From Marispirochaeta sp. (GTDB taxonomy: Bacteria; Spirochaetota; Spirochaetia; JC444; Marispirochaetaceae): 64,000 nucleotides of DNA. A program made the translations under genes and the position numbers. Numbering within the stretch: the stretch's first letter is position 1; each line of letters starts with the position of its first letter. Below the pieces are notes generated by a model. It worked only from the letters and a program-made list of their open reading frames with translations, had not been told where the DNA came from and ran no database searches. The stretch is taken from assembly GCA_963676835.2 (NCBI GenBank), contig CAXXFF010000002.1, positions 736,001 to 800,000 on the forward strand, in the 5' to 3' direction. Below, one piece after another: positions 41,023-50,597 of the stretch.

Positions 41023-41882
41023 TCTGCTCCCTCCAGGTTGCGGTTCTTTATATCCATTTCGAGATGACACTGGTCATGATCGTGCTGTTCCTGTCCCTTG
41101 TATGAACCAAGGCGGAGGAGCATGTTGTCAAAATCTACAAGGTGGCCGTCAAACTCGGGTCCGTCTACGCAGACAAACTTTGTCTCACCGCCCACGGTAA
41201 CCCGGCAGCCGCCGCACATACCTGTGCCGTCTACCATAATGGTGTTAAGGCTGACAACGGTATGTACATCGTAGGGGCGGGTTGTTTCGGCGCAGAATTT
41301 CATCATGATAGGAGGACCGATGGCTACAGCGAGATCGGGCTTGGGGTTCTGCTCACACAGTTCCTTCAGGGGAACAGTGACCAGATCCTTGCGACCGTAG
41401 CTGCCGTCGTCGGTGCAGATGATAAGCTCATCGGCGATCTTCTTCATCTCGTCTTCCATAATCAGAAGCTCTTTGTTGCGGGCTCCCATTATGATGATTA
41501 CCTTATTGCCCGCGGCCTTCAGTGCCTGGGCAATGGGGTGCATGGGGGCCACTCCGATACCACCGCCAACACAGATGGCTGTACCGAAGTTTTCAATATG
41601 AGTCGGCTGTCCCAGTGGTCCCAGAACGTTCTGAATATGATCGCCGGGATTGAGTTCTGCCAGCAGGTGGGTTGTCCGGCCCACGGTCTGAAAGATTATT
41701 GTGACGCTTCCTTCTTCGGGGTCTGCGTCTGCGATAGTTAAGGGTATACGTTCGCCGAACTCTGTATCCAGCTGAATGATGATAAACTGTCCAGCCTTAC
41801 GCTCCCTGGCAATTAGAGGCGCTTCAAATTTCATGCGGAATACTTCCGCGGATAGCTGCTGTTTCTCAAGGATTTTTTTCAC
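41019..41882 (-). CDS. nfnA: Nfn small subunit (NfnA/SudB; dihydroorotate dehydrogenase electron-transfer-like)
   Basis: GERIPLTIAD, GGGIGVAP, TDDGSYG, MVDGTGMCGGCRV...CVDGPEFDG. GTG 41882 follows AAGGAG. Confidence 0.87.
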   Translation of the reverse strand: MKKILEKQQLSAEVFRMKFEAPLIARERKAGQFIIIQLDTEFGERIPLTIADADPEEGSVTIIFQTVGRTTHLLAELNPGDHIQNVLGPLGQPTHIENFGTAICVGGGIGVAPMHPIAQALKAAGNKVIIIMGARNKELLIMEDEMKKIADELIICTDDGSYGRKDLVTVPLKELCEQNPKPDLAVAIGPPIMMKFCAETTRPYDVHTVVSLNTIMVDGTGMCGGCRVTVGGETKFVCVDGPEFDGHLVDFDNMLLRLGSYKGQEQHDHDQCHLEMDIKNRNLEGAE

Positions 41883-42301
41883 CAGGAAGCTCCTTGTTCC
41901 GGTCTTTGGGATGTGTAGAAACAGTTTATACAAAGAAAAAATTGTTTCAAGAGAGTATTATACAAAAGGAAAGAGAATTTTTGTACCGGTCTCACCCCGG
42001 GGACTGTAATTTAGAACGTTCCAAAATAGGGGATTGTATTAATTTTACTTGTATATCAGTTAACTGTCTGATTCTCTACAGCTGTTCAACTTTGAAGAGG
42101 GACGGAGGTTCAGGTTTTCAGGTTTCCGGTTATGTTCTAAAGAGGGACGGAGGTTTTGACTATTAGAATATTTTCGGGGTGGTAAGAAATGATGGGAGAC
42201 GAAGGTTTAAAACAGCAAAAAGAGGAAGATCGTGACGTTTAAATTTAACTGTACAGTAACTTGAGTAAAATCAGATAGAACACGGGGGACGCTGTGTTAT
42301 G

Positions 42302-42475
42302 AGCGTGGAAAACGCGCCGGATCGGAAGGGTACCCGCAGGGTATCCTGCACCAAAAGTACCGACGAACTTTTGGTGCAGGACGGAGTCGGGCCGTGCCGC
42401 ACCTTGCAGGCACGGTAGGGACCCGACGGAGCCCTGCAGAGCCGGGTTACGCGCAGAAGAAAAAATCTCTTCTGT
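42302..42475. other. GC-rich multi-hairpin intergenic element (ncRNA, MITE or REP-like; unidentified)
   Basis: Perfect 15 bp stem TCCTGCACCAAAAGT (42344-42358)/ACTTTTGGTGCAGGA (42367-42381), plus nested stems GTCGGG..CCCGAC and CCGTGCC..GGCACGG. Confidence 0.5.
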
Positions 42476-42832
42476 CTACTCTACCTTGAGTACATCTGAG
42501 ATAACCTTCTGGAAGGTTTCCTTGGGTAGGGCGCCGGCTGCCATCTGGGGCTGTTCGTCTACGGGAATAAACAGGATGCTGGGGATACTCTGAATGCCGA
42601 ATGCTCCAGCCAGTTCCTGCTGCTCGTCGGTATTGATTTTATAGACGTCGATTTTGCCTTCATACTCCTGGGCGAGTTCCTCCATGATGGGGGCAACCAT
42701 CTTGCAGGGGCCGCACCAGTCGGCGTAGAAGTCTATAATAGCGGGCTTGTCGCCCTCGAATTTCCATTCTTTGTTTTCTTCATAGTTAAAGACCTTTGCG
42801 AGGAATGTCTCTTTGGTCAGCATCTCGGGCAT
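42476..42832 (-). CDS. trxA: Thioredoxin
   Basis: DFYADWCGPCK, IQSIPS. ATG 42832 follows AAGGAG. Confidence 0.96.
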   Translation of the reverse strand: MPEMLTKETFLAKVFNYEENKEWKFEGDKPAIIDFYADWCGPCKMVAPIMEELAQEYEGKIDVYKINTDEQQELAGAFGIQSIPSILFIPVDEQPQMAAGALPKETFQKVISDVLKVE

Positions 42833-42862
42833 ATGTCTCTCCTTGACTCTCAATATAAATAT

Positions 42863-42891
42863 ATAATAATCACTATATACAGAAATGTCAA
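42863..42891 (-). promoter_or_regulatory. Sigma70-type promoter of trxA
   Basis: Minus strand TTGACA (42891-42886), 17 bp spacer, TATTAT (42868-42863). Confidence 0.65.
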
Positions 42892-43005
42892 TGCCGTTTG
42901 CACGAAATTAGTTTTTCTGCATTCTAATTATTGGACCTTTTAACAGGCCGCCTATATAGAGTATAACCATAAGAAGAGATAATTCAAAATTCAGGAGATG
43001 AAATC

Positions 43006-44979
43006 ATGCAAATTGATTCTTTACAGGCTGTGGCGAAGAGTGTGAGAGCACTTTCCATTGACGGTGTGCAGGCGGCAAACTCGGGGCATCCCGGGCTTCC
43101 CATGGGAGCGGCTGAGCTGGGTGCGCTTTTATACGGCGAGGTACTGAAGCATAACCCCGCGGATTCCGGATGGGTTGACCGGGACCGGTTTGTGCTTTCA
43201 GCCGGGCACGGCTCCATGTTTCTTTACAGTCTGCTGCATCTGTCCGGGTACAAGCTGAGCCTGGATGAGCTGAAGAAGTTCCGTCAGCTGGGTTCGAAAA
43301 CCCCCGGACATCCGGAGCACGGCTGGACTGACGGTGTTGAGACCTCCACCGGGCCGCTGGGGGCGGGACTGACCAATGCAGTTGGTATGGCCATTGCCGA
43401 AACAATGCTTGCGGCAAAGTTCAATACCGCTGAGCACACCATAATTGACCATTACACCTATGCCCTGGCCGGTGACGGCTGCATGATGGAGGGAGTTACC
43501 TCCGAAGCGGCATCTCTTGCGGGTCATCTGGGGCTTGAGAAGCTGATAGTTTTCTACGATTCCAACCGGATCAGTATCGAAGGCAATACGGAGATTACCT
43601 TTACCGAGAGTGTGGCAGACCGATATAAGGCTTACGGCTGGCAGGTTCTTGAAGGTGATATGTATGATATTGCAGGAACGGCCGGGTTGGTGGCAAAAGC
43701 AAAAGCAGGAACAGAGAGGGACGGAGGAAAGCCGACGCTGATTATTCTGAAGTCAATAATCGGAAAAGGATCGCCAAATATGGAAGGTTCCCATGATGTT
43801 CATGGTGCTCCCCTGGGGACGGAGGAAAGAAAACTGACCCGCAAGAACCTGGGAATCCCCGAAAATGAGGACTTTTACATAGATCCCAAGGCTTCTGAGT
43901 TCTTTGCTGGTAAAAAACCCGGCTGGCAGGCCGCACAGGACGCCTGGAATGAGGGTTTCAAGGCCTGGGCGGCTGCGAATCCTGCGCTTAAAAAGGAGTG
44001 GGATCTCTGGATGGCGGAAAAGTCGGATGCAGGACTGGTTTCCTGGCCTGAATACAAGGTGGGTGATTCTGTGGCTACCCGGAGTGCATCAGGTTCTGCC
44101 ATTAAGGCTATCGGTCAGGGATTAAGCAATTTTGTGGGTGGATCCGCGGATCTTGAGCCTTCAAATAAGACTGCCCTCGGATTTGGCGACTATCAGAAGG
44201 ATAATCGCGGAGGCCGCACCCTCAGATTTGGTGTTCGTGAGCATGCCATGGGCGGAATCGCCAACGGTATTGCCCTCCACGGGGGCTTGAGAACCTTTTG
44301 CGCGACTTTTCTGGTGTTCGCCGACTATATGCGGCCTCCCATGAGACTTGCAAGCCTGATGAAGCTGCCGGTTACCTACGTTCTGACCCATGATTCCATC
44401 TATGTTGGAGAAGACGGACCAACACATCAGCCGGTTGAGCATGTTGAATCCTTAAGGATTATTCCCGGAATGACGGTATTCCGCCCCGGTGATGCTCAGG
44501 AGACCAACTGCGCATATGAAATTGCCCTGGAGAAGACCGATGGACCGGTTGCCCTCGCGCTGACTCGTCAGAACCTTGCGGTATACGAGAAGGCCGATAA
44601 AGACTGGATGAATACCATGCGCAAAGGTGCTTATGTGGTGAAGGATACCGATGGGACTCCGGATGTTGTGGTTGTTGCAACGGGGTCGGAGGTTAATCTT
44701 GCGCTTTCTGCGGCAGAAAAGAGCGGAAAGAAGGTGAAGATTGTCTCCATGCCTTCCAGGGAGACTTTCCAGCAGCAGGATAAGGCTTTTAAAGCCTCTA
44801 TTTTGCCTGCAGGTGTGAAGACTGTGGTTGCTGAGGCTGGAATCGGCGCGGGATGGGAGGGTATTGCCTCTGATCCGGAGCTTATTCTTTGCATGAAAAG
44901 CTTTGGCGAGTCCGGTCCTGCCGGGGATGTTGCGAAGCACTTCGGGTTTATCGTGGAGAATCTTGCTTCCATGCTGTAG
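43006..44979 (+). CDS. tkt: Transketolase
   Basis: [49 protein letters not shown]. Confidence 0.98.
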   Translation: MQIDSLQAVAKSVRALSIDGVQAANSGHPGLPMGAAELGALLYGEVLKHNPADSGWVDRDRFVLSAGHGSMFLYSLLHLSGYKLSLDELKKFRQLGSKTPGHPEHGWTDGVETSTGPLGAGLTNAVGMAIAETMLAAKFNTAEHTIIDHYTYALAGDGCMMEGVTSEAASLAGHLGLEKLIVFYDSNRISIEGNTEITFTESVADRYKAYGWQVLEGDMYDIAGTAGLVAKAKAGTERDGGKPTLIILKSIIGKGSPNMEGSHDVHGAPLGTEERKLTRKNLGIPENEDFYIDPKASEFFAGKKPGWQAAQDAWNEGFKAWAAANPALKKEWDLWMAEKSDAGLVSWPEYKVGDSVATRSASGSAIKAIGQGLSNFVGGSADLEPSNKTALGFGDYQKDNRGGRTLRFGVREHAMGGIANGIALHGGLRTFCATFLVFADYMRPPMRLASLMKLPVTYVLTHDSIYVGEDGPTHQPVEHVESLRIIPGMTVFRPGDAQETNCAYEIALEKTDGPVALALTRQNLAVYEKADKDWMNTMRKGAYVVKDTDGTPDVVVVATGSEVNLALSAAEKSGKKVKIVSMPSRETFQQQDKAFKASILPAGVKTVVAEAGIGAGWEGIASDPELILCMKSFGESGPAGDVAKHFGFIVENLASML

Positions 44980-45056
44980 GGGTTGAAACTGTAAACAAAG
45001 ATAATGGGGACGGAGGTTTTGGTATTTTAAACCTTCGTTTATTTTCCAGCGTTTGT

Positions 45057-45085
45057 GCCCTCTGCTGTACAGCAGGGGGCTTTTT
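45057..45085 (+). terminator. Rho-independent terminator after tkt
   Basis: GCCCTCTGCTG-TA-CAGCAGGGGGC followed by TTTTT. Confidence 0.75.
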
Positions 45086-45248
45086 GTAGTTAAGGGGAGA
45101 AGGTCAGTGGACGATCTGTCGCGGGAATTATGCAGCAAAAGCAGGGGATAAGTTTGTAGATACTGGCTGATAAACAGGGACGGAGGTTTTTCTCAAGAAA
45201 TTATTCTATACCTTGAAGCAAACCGGGAAATTCATCGTTCTTGTTTAT

Positions 45249-45722
45249 ATGAGAAAGATAAGGGAAAAGCAGCCCGGGGCTGTGTATCATGTTGTGGCAA
45301 AGACTAACAGAAGTGAATTTATGCTGGAATCAAAACTGGTGAAGCAGATGTTTCTTGTGCTGCTCAAGACTGCACTGAAGAAATATCCGTGCCAGCTTAA
45401 TCATTTCTGTATAATGAGTAACCATGTGCATATTCTGATTGAACCCCTGGATGGAACTGATCTCTCGCAGATGATGCAGTGGCTGTTAAGTGTTTTCGCT
45501 ATCCGGTTCAACAGGCTATATGGTCTTAAAGGACATGTATGGTACGACCGGTTTAAAAGCACAATAGTAAAATCCCTTGAGCATTTTAAAAACAGCTACC
45601 GGTATATTTCCGAAAACCCGGTAAAAGCAGGGATGTGTACTTCCCCGGAGGAGTATGAATTTTCCGGATTACACTGGGTTGATCATCTCCTGCGGTCCGT
45701 AAAAAGGGTCATATTTGAATGA
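45249..45722 (+). CDS. Y1/HUH tyrosine transposase, RAYT-like (stand-alone)
   Basis: YHVVAK, CIMSNHVHILI (HUH), VWYDRFKS, YISENPVKAG (catalytic Tyr plus NPxxAG typical of RAYT-type rather than IS200 TnpA). No tnpB is adjacent. Confidence 0.85.
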   Translation: MRKIREKQPGAVYHVVAKTNRSEFMLESKLVKQMFLVLLKTALKKYPCQLNHFCIMSNHVHILIEPLDGTDLSQMMQWLLSVFAIRFNRLYGLKGHVWYDRFKSTIVKSLEHFKNSYRYISENPVKAGMCTSPEEYEFSGLHWVDHLLRSVKRVIFE

Positions 45723-45795
45723 CTTTCACCATGGGCATCTGCATTGATGTTCTGGTATTAACGAAAGATTAACTTTTCGGTAGTATTCTTGACTT

Positions 45796-46404
45796 ATGAA
45801 CTGCAATCCTCAGGATCTCCATGTACATACAATTTTCTCGGTCGGTGATGGTGCCGTTGTTCCCCAGATGTCCATAGCCTTTGTTGCGTCCATGGAACAT
45901 GCGGAAGTGCGCGGTATCAGTGATCATTTTGAATATCTCAGAGGTGAAATCTTCGAAGAGTACTCTGCTGAAGTTCGAAAATACGGTTTTTATCTGGGGT
46001 GCGAAGTAAATGATTCTTCCGATGCCCTGGAAGCGGTAGAATACCCTTATGATTACTATATATATCACTGCCGGGATCGGGAGAGTGAATATCGGGGGTC
46101 GGAGGTTCTTCTTTCCACCGGAAAACCGGTAATTATCAGCCACCCCATGGCTATGGGGGCGGATCTTTCCCGTGTTCCAACCGACTGCTATATTGAAATC
46201 AACAACCGCTATGTCTGGAGAGACAATTACCGGGCCTATTTTTCTCCCTGGCTCGATACCTTCCGCTTTGTTTTCGGTTCTGACGCTCATCAGCCGAACT
46301 GGTTGAACCAGACAGTCGCCCGGAAAATTGGAGCGGAGATGGGTGTTAAGGAAAGTATTCTATTTCCTGTCAATTCCGGGGTCTGCGGTTGTTCTGGTAA
46401 ATAA
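45796..46404 (+). CDS. PHP domain phosphoesterase-like protein
   Basis: DLHVHT, ISDH, GCEV, SHP, EINN, FGSDAH motifs. Confidence 0.85.
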   Translation: MNCNPQDLHVHTIFSVGDGAVVPQMSIAFVASMEHAEVRGISDHFEYLRGEIFEEYSAEVRKYGFYLGCEVNDSSDALEAVEYPYDYYIYHCRDRESEYRGSEVLLSTGKPVIISHPMAMGADLSRVPTDCYIEINNRYVWRDNYRAYFSPWLDTFRFVFGSDAHQPNWLNQTVARKIGAEMGVKESILFPVNSGVCGCSGK

Positions 46405-46476
46405 AGAGGGACGGAGGTTTCTTTTAGGCTGCCCCCGTTCAAAGCTCCCATTCGAGCTTAACCACACAATCCTCTG

Positions 46477-47241
46477 TTATAAATCCACCGAATCAATAGA
46501 ACTCTGCAGGGCTTGAATGATGTATTTACGGATCTTGGTTTTTTCAGAATTGGTTGTTTTCGGTGTGAAGATTATCACATAAATTTTAGGCTTTGCCTCT
46601 CTGAAGCCTAAAACCACACCCGAAACGCTGACCAGGCTGCTTCTCAGGCGTAGCTGAATCCCCTCAAGCAGGGTGTTTTTCTGCAGTTTCGGATCGGCGT
46701 TATCAAAGGTTACCGCCATTCCAATGGAACTTACGTCGATAATATTTCCCGGAAGTACTGTATCTGAAATTCTTACATTGAAGATAGCATTCTTGTCATC
46801 GCTGCTATTGACCCGTACATACTTCCTCCGTCCCCGTGCTTCACTTGCTTCCAGGGCGGTGAGGATTATTTTTGTGCTCTGCGCCAATCCGAGCTTAAGC
46901 TGGATAAATCCGCACTGTACGCCGATATCCATCAGGTATTTCTGCTTAAGCTCTGCATCATTATTGTATGAGAGGATCCCGATACGAACATCCTTAAGTG
47001 CGGCGTTGCCGATAATGCCTTTGATATATTCTTCCCACTCCTCTTCGCTCAGTTTGTCATCGATGTTAATAAAAAGGATAGAGTCGGGATATTTCTCAAG
47101 AATTCTCAGTGCACGTCTATGATCTTTGAGAAGGGTAACTTCGTATTCCTGGGTTATAAGGGTATATAAGAGTTCTTCCTGTACAACACTGTGAGGATAC
47201 AGGAGGAATACTTTTTTTCCGGCTATTTCAGCGTTTGCCAT
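46477..47241 (-). CDS. PilZ domain protein (c-di-GMP receptor candidate)
   Basis: RRKYVR (RxxxR) and DVSSIG (D/NxSxxG) motifs after a receiver-like N-terminus. Confidence 0.8.
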   Translation of the reverse strand: MANAEIAGKKVFLLYPHSVVQEELLYTLITQEYEVTLLKDHRRALRILEKYPDSILFINIDDKLSEEEWEEYIKGIIGNAALKDVRIGILSYNNDAELKQKYLMDIGVQCGFIQLKLGLAQSTKIILTALEASEARGRRKYVRVNSSDDKNAIFNVRISDTVLPGNIIDVSSIGMAVTFDNADPKLQKNTLLEGIQLRLRSSLVSVSGVVLGFREAKPKIYVIIFTPKTTNSEKTKIRKYIIQALQSSIDSVDL

Positions 47242-47321
47242 TACTATTTAAGCCTATACGTTGTGATCTTGCGGGTCAAGAAAATAGTGTGATTAAATTA
47301 GAGCTGCCCATGTTTTAAGGT

Positions 47322-47852
47322 CTACTTTATGGTATCCACAAGCTTTTTGAGGGCGAAACGGGTGGATTGAAAGGCGAGAATTTCAGGGCGTATGTCATCC
47401 GGTTTCTGCAGACTGACAGCGGTGGATTCTACCATATCAATAACAGGGCTTGCGTAATTGAGTTCAGCTGAAAAAAAGATATCGCAGGTTATGTAGGGAA
47501 TTCCCTTGTACTGGTAGCTGTTCGTATGGCTTGTCAGGTAACAGAGTTCTTCCTGTTTCAGGGCAATCCCTGCTTCCTCCATGCATTCACGAACCACAGC
47601 TTCCTCTGCAGATTCTCCGGGATCAACAAATCCGCCGGGAATTGTATACAGGCCTTTACCCGGGTCTTTTCCTCTCTGGAGAAGCAGGAGTTTTCCCTGA
47701 ATAAGCAGCAGTACACCGGCACCTGTAGCAACATTATGAAAATAGGTAAAGCCGCATCTGCGGCAAAGGTACTTTTTTGCTTCAAGCAGATTGAGGTTTT
47801 TACTGCCGCAGCCGGGACAAACTGAAAAAGGCCAGTGGTGATCTTTGCTCAT
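47322..47852 (-). CDS. NUDIX hydrolase with N-terminal zinc ribbon
   Basis: CPGCG...CRRCG; GGFVDPGESAEEAVVRECMEEAG. Confidence 0.9.
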   Translation of the reverse strand: MSKDHHWPFSVCPGCGSKNLNLLEAKKYLCRRCGFTYFHNVATGAGVLLLIQGKLLLLQRGKDPGKGLYTIPGGFVDPGESAEEAVVRECMEEAGIALKQEELCYLTSHTNSYQYKGIPYITCDIFFSAELNYASPVIDMVESTAVSLQKPDDIRPEILAFQSTRFALKKLVDTIK

Positions 47853-50530
47853 TTCGGGCTGTTATTGCTGAATGTACTGCGTATGTCCTGCACCGTAGGA
47901 ACAGTTTCGACACTCAGGGATTTAAGGCACAAACAGGGAATTCCCGCCCGCATGGCGGCTTTTTTCCCTTCCGGGAATCCTGACAGGATCAGGCAGTTGC
48001 GATGCATAAGCTCTCCCTGGGTTGCAGCGGTGAAAAATACTTCCGGATCTGGAAGGGGCACTGCAATGTCATCAGTTGGAGTATGAATGCGTACATGACC
48101 GGCAAGAGGGTGATCATCGTCGCTTCCGCAGAGAATGGTTTCTATTCCGAGGCCCTCCAGATTTACAATCAGCTCCTTCAGTTGCTCCGTTGTTGCAGCA
48201 TCAGGCCGGGGCAGGTGTACAAGCACTCCCTTCAGTTCGGGAACCAGGCTGCGCCGGACAGTTTCCCGGGTGGTGAGGTTCAGAATTTCATATTCGTGAC
48301 GTATTTCAAGGGGTTCTCCCCGCAGGAGGGTGTACACCGCCTCTTCATGGCTGAAGGTCACTTTCAGCAGGCTTCCCCGTATCTCAATCTGGAAACTCAA
48401 TTCATCCATCTGATCGGGAAGATGAGGTTCAAACCAGGGGATGCCTGTTTCAAGTTTCAATCCTCCAAAGCCGAAGACCAGGGCCTGCCAGGTTCCCCCG
48501 GTTGCGGCCATATGGAGCCCGTCTTTTACATTCCCCTGGATATCTTCTATATCCACATCAAGATTCCGGGCGAAGAATTTCCATGCCTCCTTCAACCTGC
48601 CTTCCCGGGCAGAGATAATTGCCTGTACCGGCGCTCCAAGGGATGAGTCAAAGGTTGTCAGGGGAGTATAGAACTCATATGCCCGCAGGTGTTCTCCTTC
48701 GGTAAACTCTTCCGGCAGAAGAAAAGCGGCCATAAGAAGATCCGGCTGCTTAAGGACACGGTGGCGGTAGATCACCAGGGGATGAAAGTTCAGCAGCAGA
48801 GGATATTTTTCTTTGGGGGTATGCTCAAAGTCCCAGGGTTTCCTGAACAGGATGTCGTCATCCTGAAGGTGGATTCCAAGTTTGCTGTCGTAGGGGATAT
48901 GCATGGTTTCCGAGGCTTTGTGCCAGGTGTCCACCTCTTCCGCCTGCATTCCCAGATGGGTGCTGATGCGCTGCAGCTCCTCAAAATGCTCATCCGCCAT
49001 CCAGTAATAGACTTCGATGGCATAGCGAAGATGAAAACGGGCCATCATGTTGGTATAGCAGTTATTGTTTACCAGGGCTGTATATTCATCAGGTCCGGTT
49101 ACTCCGTTGAGACAGAAATCTCCTCCTCGTTCGGGGTTGAAAAAGCCGAGGGAGATCCAGGTCCTGGCGGTTTCAAACAGAATTTCTGCTCCCTCGGTGA
49201 GCAGGAAATTATAATCTCTGGTTACATTTATATACTGACGGATTGCATAGGCGACTGCGGCATTTATGTGGTACTGGGCTGTTCCGGCAAGAAAATAGGC
49301 GGAGGCTTCCTGGCCGTTGATGGTCCTCCAGGGGAAGAGGGCGCCTTTTTCCGCCATTTCACGTGCCCGGGCTCGGGCTGCATCAAGCATACGGTAGCGG
49401 TAGCGGAGAATTGCCTTTGCACTCTCTTTGTGGTTGAAAGCGAAAAAGGGAAGGACAAACAACTCGGTATCCCAGAAGATGTGTCCTTCATATCCTTCTG
49501 AAGTAAGTCCTTTGGCTGCAATACTTTTATTCAGCAGAAAGCGGCCGGCCTGAAAAAGCTGAAAAATGGAATAGCGGACCTTTTTCTGTATCTCATCATT
49601 GCCTTTAATGAGGACATCGCTGGTTTCCCAGAATTCATCAAGGACTGAACAGTGTTCTTTATACAGAACATCGAATCCCCGGGCAGCGGTTGTTCTCAGA
49701 TCATCCATCATAAGCTGGAGTTCTTTATCCGGCTCATCTTCTATCAGCCCGGCGTATACATATTTACGAAAAGAAACCTGTTTTCCCTTTTCCTGGCGGA
49801 AGATCATGGCTGTACCGGGTTTTCGGTCATCCGGCATTGCCACAAGTTCCTGAGCTTCCGGGATAGAGTTATGGGTAATAACCGTGGCTGCACTGATTTT
49901 ACTGAGTCGTGTCTGCTCCACCATGCCGACGGTATTACCTTCCCGCAGGTTCTCAAGTATTTGTTTTGTTTCTCCCGCATGTCCGGAAACTCTCGGATCA
50001 CCGAAATCGACACGGTTGGTTGTGCTGCCGTCGAGAAAGGACTCAATGACAATGGTGGCATCAGCGTCCAGAGGGGTCACCTGAACTTCCATGATAAACA
50101 GCCTTGGGTCGGCAAGAGAAACGATCCGGCGGCTGCTGTAGGCAACGTGCTCTCCTCCGGGGAGGCTCAGGGTCATTCTCCGGTGGAGGGTCCCGGTTTT
50201 CAGGTCCAGACTGCGATAGTATTCGCTGCATTCCAGCTCTTCCGGGTTCAATTCTGTGCCGTTCACCCGTACCTTGATAATCCGGGGGTTGGCTATGTTC
50301 TGAATTGTCTGGTGAAATTTGGCGTATCCGTAGGCGGACTCACCATATTCTATGGGCCGCATTTCGTAAAAGCCGTTCAGGTAAGTTCCGGAATGGAAGT
50401 TTCCGTATTCCTCTTCAAAATCGCCCCGTACACCGAGATTCCCGTTACCCAGTGCAAAGAGGGTCTCGTTTTTAGGAAAAGCGGCAGGATTGTATTCGAG
50501 TTCTTCTAATTTCCAGGCATCATTTTCCAT
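47849..50530 (-). CDS. Glycoside hydrolase family 65 phosphorylase (maltose/trehalose/kojibiose type) with degenerate C-terminal HAD-like domain
   Basis: ETLFALGNGNLGVRG, KGLTSEGYEGHIFWDTE, VTGPDEY, LKQPD, DSSL, GLHMAATGGTW. Confidence 0.92.
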   Translation of the reverse strand: MENDAWKLEELEYNPAAFPKNETLFALGNGNLGVRGDFEEEYGNFHSGTYLNGFYEMRPIEYGESAYGYAKFHQTIQNIANPRIIKVRVNGTELNPEELECSEYYRSLDLKTGTLHRRMTLSLPGGEHVAYSSRRIVSLADPRLFIMEVQVTPLDADATIVIESFLDGSTTNRVDFGDPRVSGHAGETKQILENLREGNTVGMVEQTRLSKISAATVITHNSIPEAQELVAMPDDRKPGTAMIFRQEKGKQVSFRKYVYAGLIEDEPDKELQLMMDDLRTTAARGFDVLYKEHCSVLDEFWETSDVLIKGNDEIQKKVRYSIFQLFQAGRFLLNKSIAAKGLTSEGYEGHIFWDTELFVLPFFAFNHKESAKAILRYRYRMLDAARARAREMAEKGALFPWRTINGQEASAYFLAGTAQYHINAAVAYAIRQYINVTRDYNFLLTEGAEILFETARTWISLGFFNPERGGDFCLNGVTGPDEYTALVNNNCYTNMMARFHLRYAIEVYYWMADEHFEELQRISTHLGMQAEEVDTWHKASETMHIPYDSKLGIHLQDDDILFRKPWDFEHTPKEKYPLLLNFHPLVIYRHRVLKQPDLLMAAFLLPEEFTEGEHLRAYEFYTPLTTFDSSLGAPVQAIISAREGRLKEAWKFFARNLDVDIEDIQGNVKDGLHMAATGGTWQALVFGFGGLKLETGIPWFEPHLPDQMDELSFQIEIRGSLLKVTFSHEEAVYTLLRGEPLEIRHEYEILNLTTRETVRRSLVPELKGVLVHLPRPDAATTEQLKELIVNLEGLGIETILCGSDDDHPLAGHVRIHTPTDDIAVPLPDPEVFFTAATQGELMHRNCLILSGFPEGKKAAMRAGIPCLCLKSLSVETVPTVQDIRSTFSNNSPK

Positions 50531-50597
50531 TATTACCCCTGCTGTTCTCTCGCTTATGTAACCTTAATAAATTCCGTCTCTGGATACAACCGGAATA

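Noticed and set aside
42091..42210. Possible CRISPR array (repeat-spacer spacing about 45 bp)
   Set aside because: Only two exact ~16 bp repeats and one degenerate copy, non-palindromic, and no cas genes in the window.
45249..45722. Active IS200/IS605 insertion sequence
   Set aside because: No tnpB and no clear paired subterminal hairpins, and the NPVKAG motif fits RAYT-type proteins better. Kept as a stand-alone Y1 gene.
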